Shown in pieces: positions 59,601 to 64,000 of a stretch of 64,000 nucleotides of DNA. The number at the start of each line of letters is the position of its first letter. Positions within the stretch are counted from its first letter, which is position 1. The stretch lies in assembly GCA_009914755.4 (NCBI GenBank), contig CP068257.2:7104001-7168000 (forward strand), written 5' to 3'. The stretch comes from the human T2T-CHM13v2.0 reference genome, Homo sapiens. The notes under the pieces were generated by a model. It was not told the origin of the DNA. It made no database searches and saw only the letters and a program-made list of their open reading frames with translations. A program made the position numbers and the translations under genes.

Positions 59601-62600
59601 AATCAAATAGAATGGAGTCGAATATAATGGAATCAAACCGAATGGCATTGAATGCAATGAAAACGAATGGAAAGGAATGGAATGGAATGGAGTCGAATGG
59701 AATGGACTCAAAAGGAAAGGAATTGACTGGAATGGAATGGAATGCATTTGAATGAAATAGAATGGAATGGAGTCGAGTAGAATGGAATTGAATGGAATGG
59801 AATTGAATGCAATGGAATGGAATGTAATGGATTGGAATGGAATGGAGTTAAATGTAATTGACTGGAATAGAATGATCTTGAATGGAATGGAACTGAATGG
59901 AATGGACTTGATTCTAATGGTCTCAAACTGAATTGAATCAAATGGAATGGAATCGAATGAAATGGGATTGAATAGAATGTAATAGAATGGAATGGATTCG
60001 ATTGGTATGGAATCGAATAGAATGGAATTGAATGGAATGGAATCAAAAGAAATTGAATCGAATGGAATAGAATCAATTGGAATGCAATGGAATGGAATGG
60101 AATGGAATGCAATGGAACGGAATGGAATGGAATGCAATGCAGTGGAATAGATTCGAATGGAATGGAAAGGAATTGAATGGCATCTAATGGAATGGAATGA
60201 AATGGAACATAATGGACTCAAATATAATGAACTGGAAAGGAATGGAGTCGAATGGAATGAACTCGAATGGAACGGACTCCATTGGAATGGGCTCCAATGG
60301 AATGCAATCGAATGGAATGGAATCAAAAGGAAAGTACTGGAATGGAATCTACTCGAAAGGAATGGATTCCATTGGAATGGACTGGAATTGAACAGTATCG
60401 TATGGAATGGATTGGAATTGAATAGAATTGAATGGAATGTAATCGAACGGAATGGACTGTAATGGAATTGACTTGATTGGAATGGACTCGACCTTAATGG
60501 AATAGATCAGAAAGGAATCAAAAGAAATGGGATCCAATGGAATGGAATCAAACGGTATAGAAGGGAATGGAATGGACTCGAATGGAATGGAATCAAATGG
60601 AATGGAATGGCCTCAAATGGATTGGAATGGAATGGAATGGAATGGACTTGAAAGGAATTGATTGGAAAGGAATAGAATGGAAGGGAATCAAATGAAATGG
60701 AATGGATTCGAATGGAATGGAAAGGAGTGGAAGGAAATGAAATGAAATGGACTCGAATGTGTTGAACCAGAAAGGAATGGACTCGAATGGACTGGAATCG
60801 AATGGAATGGATTCAAATGGAATGCAATACAATGGACTGGAATGGAATGGAATGGACCGGAATGGAATGGACTCGAATGGAATGGAATGGAATGGAAAGG
60901 AATGAACGCAAATGGAATGGAATCAAATGGAATGGACTCGAATGGAATGGAATCAAATGCAATGGAATAGAATGGAATAAAATGGAATGAAATGGAATCG
61001 AAAGGAAGGCACTAGAATGGAAAAGACTCGAATGGAATGGACGCGAACGAAATGGACTGGAAGGGAATGGACTCGAATGGAATGGACTCTAAAGGAATGG
61101 CATCGAGGGGCATTCAATCAAATGGAATGGATTCAAAAGGAATGGAAAGGAAAGGATTGGAATGGAATGGACTGGAACGGAATGGATTCGAATGGAATGG
61201 AATGGAATGGACCCAAATTGAATGGAAGTGAATTGAATGGACTCGAACGGAAAGGAATCAAATGGAATGGAATGGAATAGAATAGAATGGAGCAAAATGG
61301 ACTCGAAAGGAAGAGACTGGAATGGAACGGACTCTAACGGAATGGACGCAAATGGAATGGACTGGAATGGACTCGAATGGAATGGACTCAAAATGAATGG
61401 CATTGAACGGAATGTAATCGAATGGAATAGAATCAAATTGAATGGTATGGATTGGAATGGACTCGAACGGAATGGACTGGAAAAGTATGAACTCGAATGG
61501 AATGGAATCGAATGGAATGAAAAGAAATGGAATAGAATGGAATGGAATGGACTGCAATGGAATGGCCTCGATTCGAATGGACTCAAATGGAGTGGAATCG
61601 AATGGAATGCAATGGAAAGGAATGGAATGGAATGGACTCGAATAAAATGTACTGGAATGGTAAAGACTTGAATGGAAGGGAATCAAATGAAATGGAATTG
61701 AATGGAATGCAAACGAATAGAATGGAGTCCAATCAAATGGAATGGAATCGAATGGAATGGAATCAAATGGAATGAGATCGAATGGAAAGAAATGGAATGG
61801 AAATAAATGGAATGGAATTCAATGGAATGAAATAGAATTGAATGTTATAGACTGGTATGGAATGGACTAAAAAGAATTGAATCGAACAGAATGGATTCAA
61901 AAGGAATGAACTCGAATTGAATGGATACTAATGGAATGGACTCAAATGGAATGCAATCGAATGGAAGGGAATCACATGGAATTGAAACGAATGGAATGGA
62001 CCACAATGGAATGGACAGCAATGGAATTCAGTGGAATGGAATGGAATCACATGGGATGCAGTGGAATGGAATGGACTGCAATGGAATGGACTTGAAAAGA
62101 AAGGAATCGAATGTAATGAACTCGCATGGAATGGAATGGAATGTAGTAGAATGGAATGGATTCTAATGTAATGAACTGCAATGGGATGTACTTCAATGGA
62201 ATGGACTCGAATGGAATGCAATCGAATTGAATGGAATGGAATGGACTGTATTTGAATGGACTCCAATGGAATGCAATCAAATGAAATGCAATCAAAGGGA
62301 ATGGAATCAAATGGAATGGACAATAGTGGAATGGACTGGACTGGAATGGAATGGAATGGAATGGAACGTACTCGAATGTATTGGACTGGAACATAATGGA
62401 CTCGAATGGAGTGGAATCGAATGGAATGGATTCAAATCGAATGGAATGGAATAGAGTGGAATGGAATGGACTGGAAAGGAATGAATTCGAATGGAATGGA
62501 ATTCAATGAAGTGGAATGGACACAAAGGCAATGAACTCGAATGGAATGGACTTGAATGCAATGGATTCCACTAGAAAGGAATGGAATGGAATAGAATGGA

Positions 62601-64000
62601 GTGAAATGGACTTGAATGGAAGTGAGTGGAATGGAACGGACTCAAATGGAATGGACACGAATGCAATGGACTGGAATGGAATGGACTCGGAAGAAATGGA
62701 CTCCAAAAAAATTGCATCCAATTGAATGTAATCAAATGGAATGGAATCAAATGGAATGCCCTGGATTGGAATGGTATCGAATGGAATGGACTGGGAAGGA
62801 TTGAATTCGAATGTAACTGAATCGAATGGAATGGAGTGAAATGGAATTGAATCAAATGGAGTGGAATAGAAAGGAATGCAATGGAATGGAATTGTCTCGA
62901 ATGGAATGGAACAGAATGGAAAGGAAACTGAATGGAAAGGAATGGAATGGAATGGAATGGAATGGAAATGAATGAAATGGAATGCAGTGGAGTGGAATGG
63001 AATGGACAAGTTGGAATGGATTGGAAAGGAAAGGAATGGAATGGAATATACTCGAATGTAATGTACTGGAATGGAATTGACTCCAATGGAATGGACTCAA
63101 ATGAAGTGGACTGGAAAGGAATGCACCGAATGGAATGGAATTGAATGGAATGGAATGAAATGGAATAGAATGGAATGGAATGGAATGGAATGGAATGGAA
63201 TGGAATCGAACGAAATGCACTGGAATGGATTGGGCTCGATTGTAATGGACTCGAATGGAATGGGATTCAATGGAATGGGATACAATGGAATGGCATTGAA
63301 AGGAATGTAATCAAAAGGAATGGAATCAAACGGAATGGAAATGAACAGAATGGACGGGAATGGAATGGAATCGAAAGGAATGGACTGGAATGGAACGGTC
63401 TCGAATTGAATGTCATCGAATGGAATGGAATTCAGCGGAATGGAATCGAACGAAATTGATTCGAATGGAATGGAGTGGAATGGAATGGACTGGAATATAA
63501 TTGACTGGATTGGATTAGACACGAATAGTAAGGAATTGAAAGGAAAGCAATCTAATGTAATGGAATCGTATAGAATGGAAACCAATAGAATGAACTGGAA
63601 TGGAACGGTCTCAAAAGGAATGGAATCAAATGGAAGGATTGGAATGGAATGGAATAGAATGGAATGGAATGCAATGGAAACGAATGGAATGGAATGGAGT
63701 GGAATGGAATGCAATGGACTTGATGGAATGGACTGGAAAGGAATGGACTCGAAAGTAATGGAATCAAATGGAATGGAATGGAATGGAATGGAATAGAAAG
63801 GAATTGAATGTACTGCAATGGAATAGAAAGGACCCGAATGCAATGGAATCTAATGGAATGGAAAGGACTGGACTGGAATGGAATGGACTTGAATATAATG
63901 GACGGGAATGGAATGGTATCGAGTGGTACGGAATCGAATGGAATGGACTGGAATTGAATGAATTGGAATGGAATGGTCTCGAATTTATTGGGATTGAATG
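56700..64000 (+). repeat. Block C: GGAAT-dominant subarray with frequent GGAATCGAATGG and GCAATCGAATGG units. Satellite III-like, possibly closer to satellite II.
   Basis: The last dense GGAGTGGAGTG cluster is near 56,690. After that come GGAAT runs with AATCGAATGG, ACTCGAATGG and ACTCCAATGG in roughly equal proportion. The TTTACTGGATTGG marker of block A and the GCGGTGAAGTGG junction of block B are both absent. I cannot assign a subfamily by eye. Confidence 0.55.
58815..58875. other. Short non-canonical island inside the satellite, containing CCCGGG and a 9-bp inverted repeat with a 2-bp spacer
   Basis: The sequence reads ggacccgggtgaaaaggACTCGGAGTggACTCCGAGTggagtgtactcgaatag. ACTCGGAGT lies at 58834-58842 and its exact reverse complement ACTCCGAGT at 58845-58853. 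The window has few other runs of three or more consecutive C/G. CCGAGT is the 3-prime end of the canonical satellite III CAACCCGAGT element, which normally sits on the C-rich strand. Confidence 0.5.

Larger units (their letters stand above)
1..64000 (+). repeat. Pericentromeric satellite array of the (GGAAT)n family, HSat3-like and possibly including HSat2-like segments. The + strand is the G/A-rich strand.
   Basis: Seen directly: essentially uninterrupted 5-bp periodic GGAAT/TGGAA units over 64 kb. Degenerate ACTCGAATGG, ACTCGAGTGG and AATCGAATGG variants recur every few pentamers. C is rare on the + strand, and CpG occurs almost only in TCGA contexts. Established knowledge: (GGAAT)n/(ATTCC)n with CAACCCGAGT-derived elements defines human satellite III, and the related satellite II carries ATTCGATTCC-type units. 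No unique-sequence island longer than about 60 bp was seen. Confidence 0.9.

Noticed and set aside
1-64000. Possibility of a CRISPR array or prokaryotic defence island, given the prompt's hint and the regular repeats
   Set aside because: The repeat period is 5 bp, not 28-37 bp repeats with unique spacers. There are no cas-like ORFs and no unique sequence at all. The sequence is eukaryotic primate satellite DNA.
1-64000. Alpha satellite / centromere core
   Set aside because: There is no 171-bp monomer periodicity, no CENP-B box (TTCGTTGGAAACGGGA) and no AT-rich alpha consensus. The structure is pentameric.
56700-64000. Calling block C definitively HSat2
   Set aside because: The HSat2 hallmark units (ATCATCGAATGG and GATGATTCC-type 23-26-bp units) are not conspicuous. 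The AATCGAATGG enrichment alone is also compatible with satellite III B-type subfamilies. Left as HSat3-like with uncertainty.
1-64000. Annotating HSF1 heat-shock elements (nGAAnnTTCnnGAAn) as regulatory sites
   Set aside because: GAA units here are almost all in direct rather than alternating orientation. The occasional GAATTC sites (for example 3045, 5345, 7495 and 10465) do not give properly spaced inverted trimers. HSF1 association with SatIII is known from the literature, but I cannot point to specific sites from sequence.
1-64000. Assigning a chromosome of origin, for example 9q12, DYZ1/Yq12, 15p or 1q12
   Set aside because: The HOR periods seen (about 1.54 kb and about 1.85-2.05 kb) and the marker motifs cannot be matched to named arrays from memory without a database search. 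Any assignment would be a guess.

Overview
The whole 64 kb window is tandem satellite DNA of the human/ape pericentromeric HSat2/HSat3 type, with the purine-rich (GGAAT)n strand on +. Classic markers of the family are visible throughout: degenerate ACTCGAATGG, ACTCGAGTGG and AATCGAATGG variants recurring every few pentamers, which relate to the established CAACCCGAGT element of satellite III read on the complementary strand. I find no believable protein-coding gene, tRNA/rRNA, transposon insertion, CRISPR array or prokaryotic-style operon. Every entry in the supplied ORF track is a stop-free frame produced by a 5-bp repeat. These frames give low-complexity MEWNGMEWNG-type or IPFHSIPFHS-type peptides, overlap on both strands and carry no start or RBS context.

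What is real here is the array architecture. Block A (about 1-35,900) is near-pure GGAAT with ACTCGAATGG punctuation. Block B (about 35,900-56,700) is a mosaic in which GGAGT-rich stretches (GAGTGGAGTGG) alternate with short GGAAT/ATCGAATGG stretches, with a recurring junction motif of the form AATCGAATGGCATCGAATGGAATGCGGTGAAGTGG. Block C (about 56,700-64,000) returns to GGAAT with frequent AATCGAATGG. Superimposed on these are higher-order repeats of about 1.54 kb and about 1.85-2.05 kb, and several short local tandem duplications of 20-190 bp.

I do not see a novel biological system in this window. The items worth following up are satellite subfamily boundaries, higher-order repeat structure and a few local anomalies.
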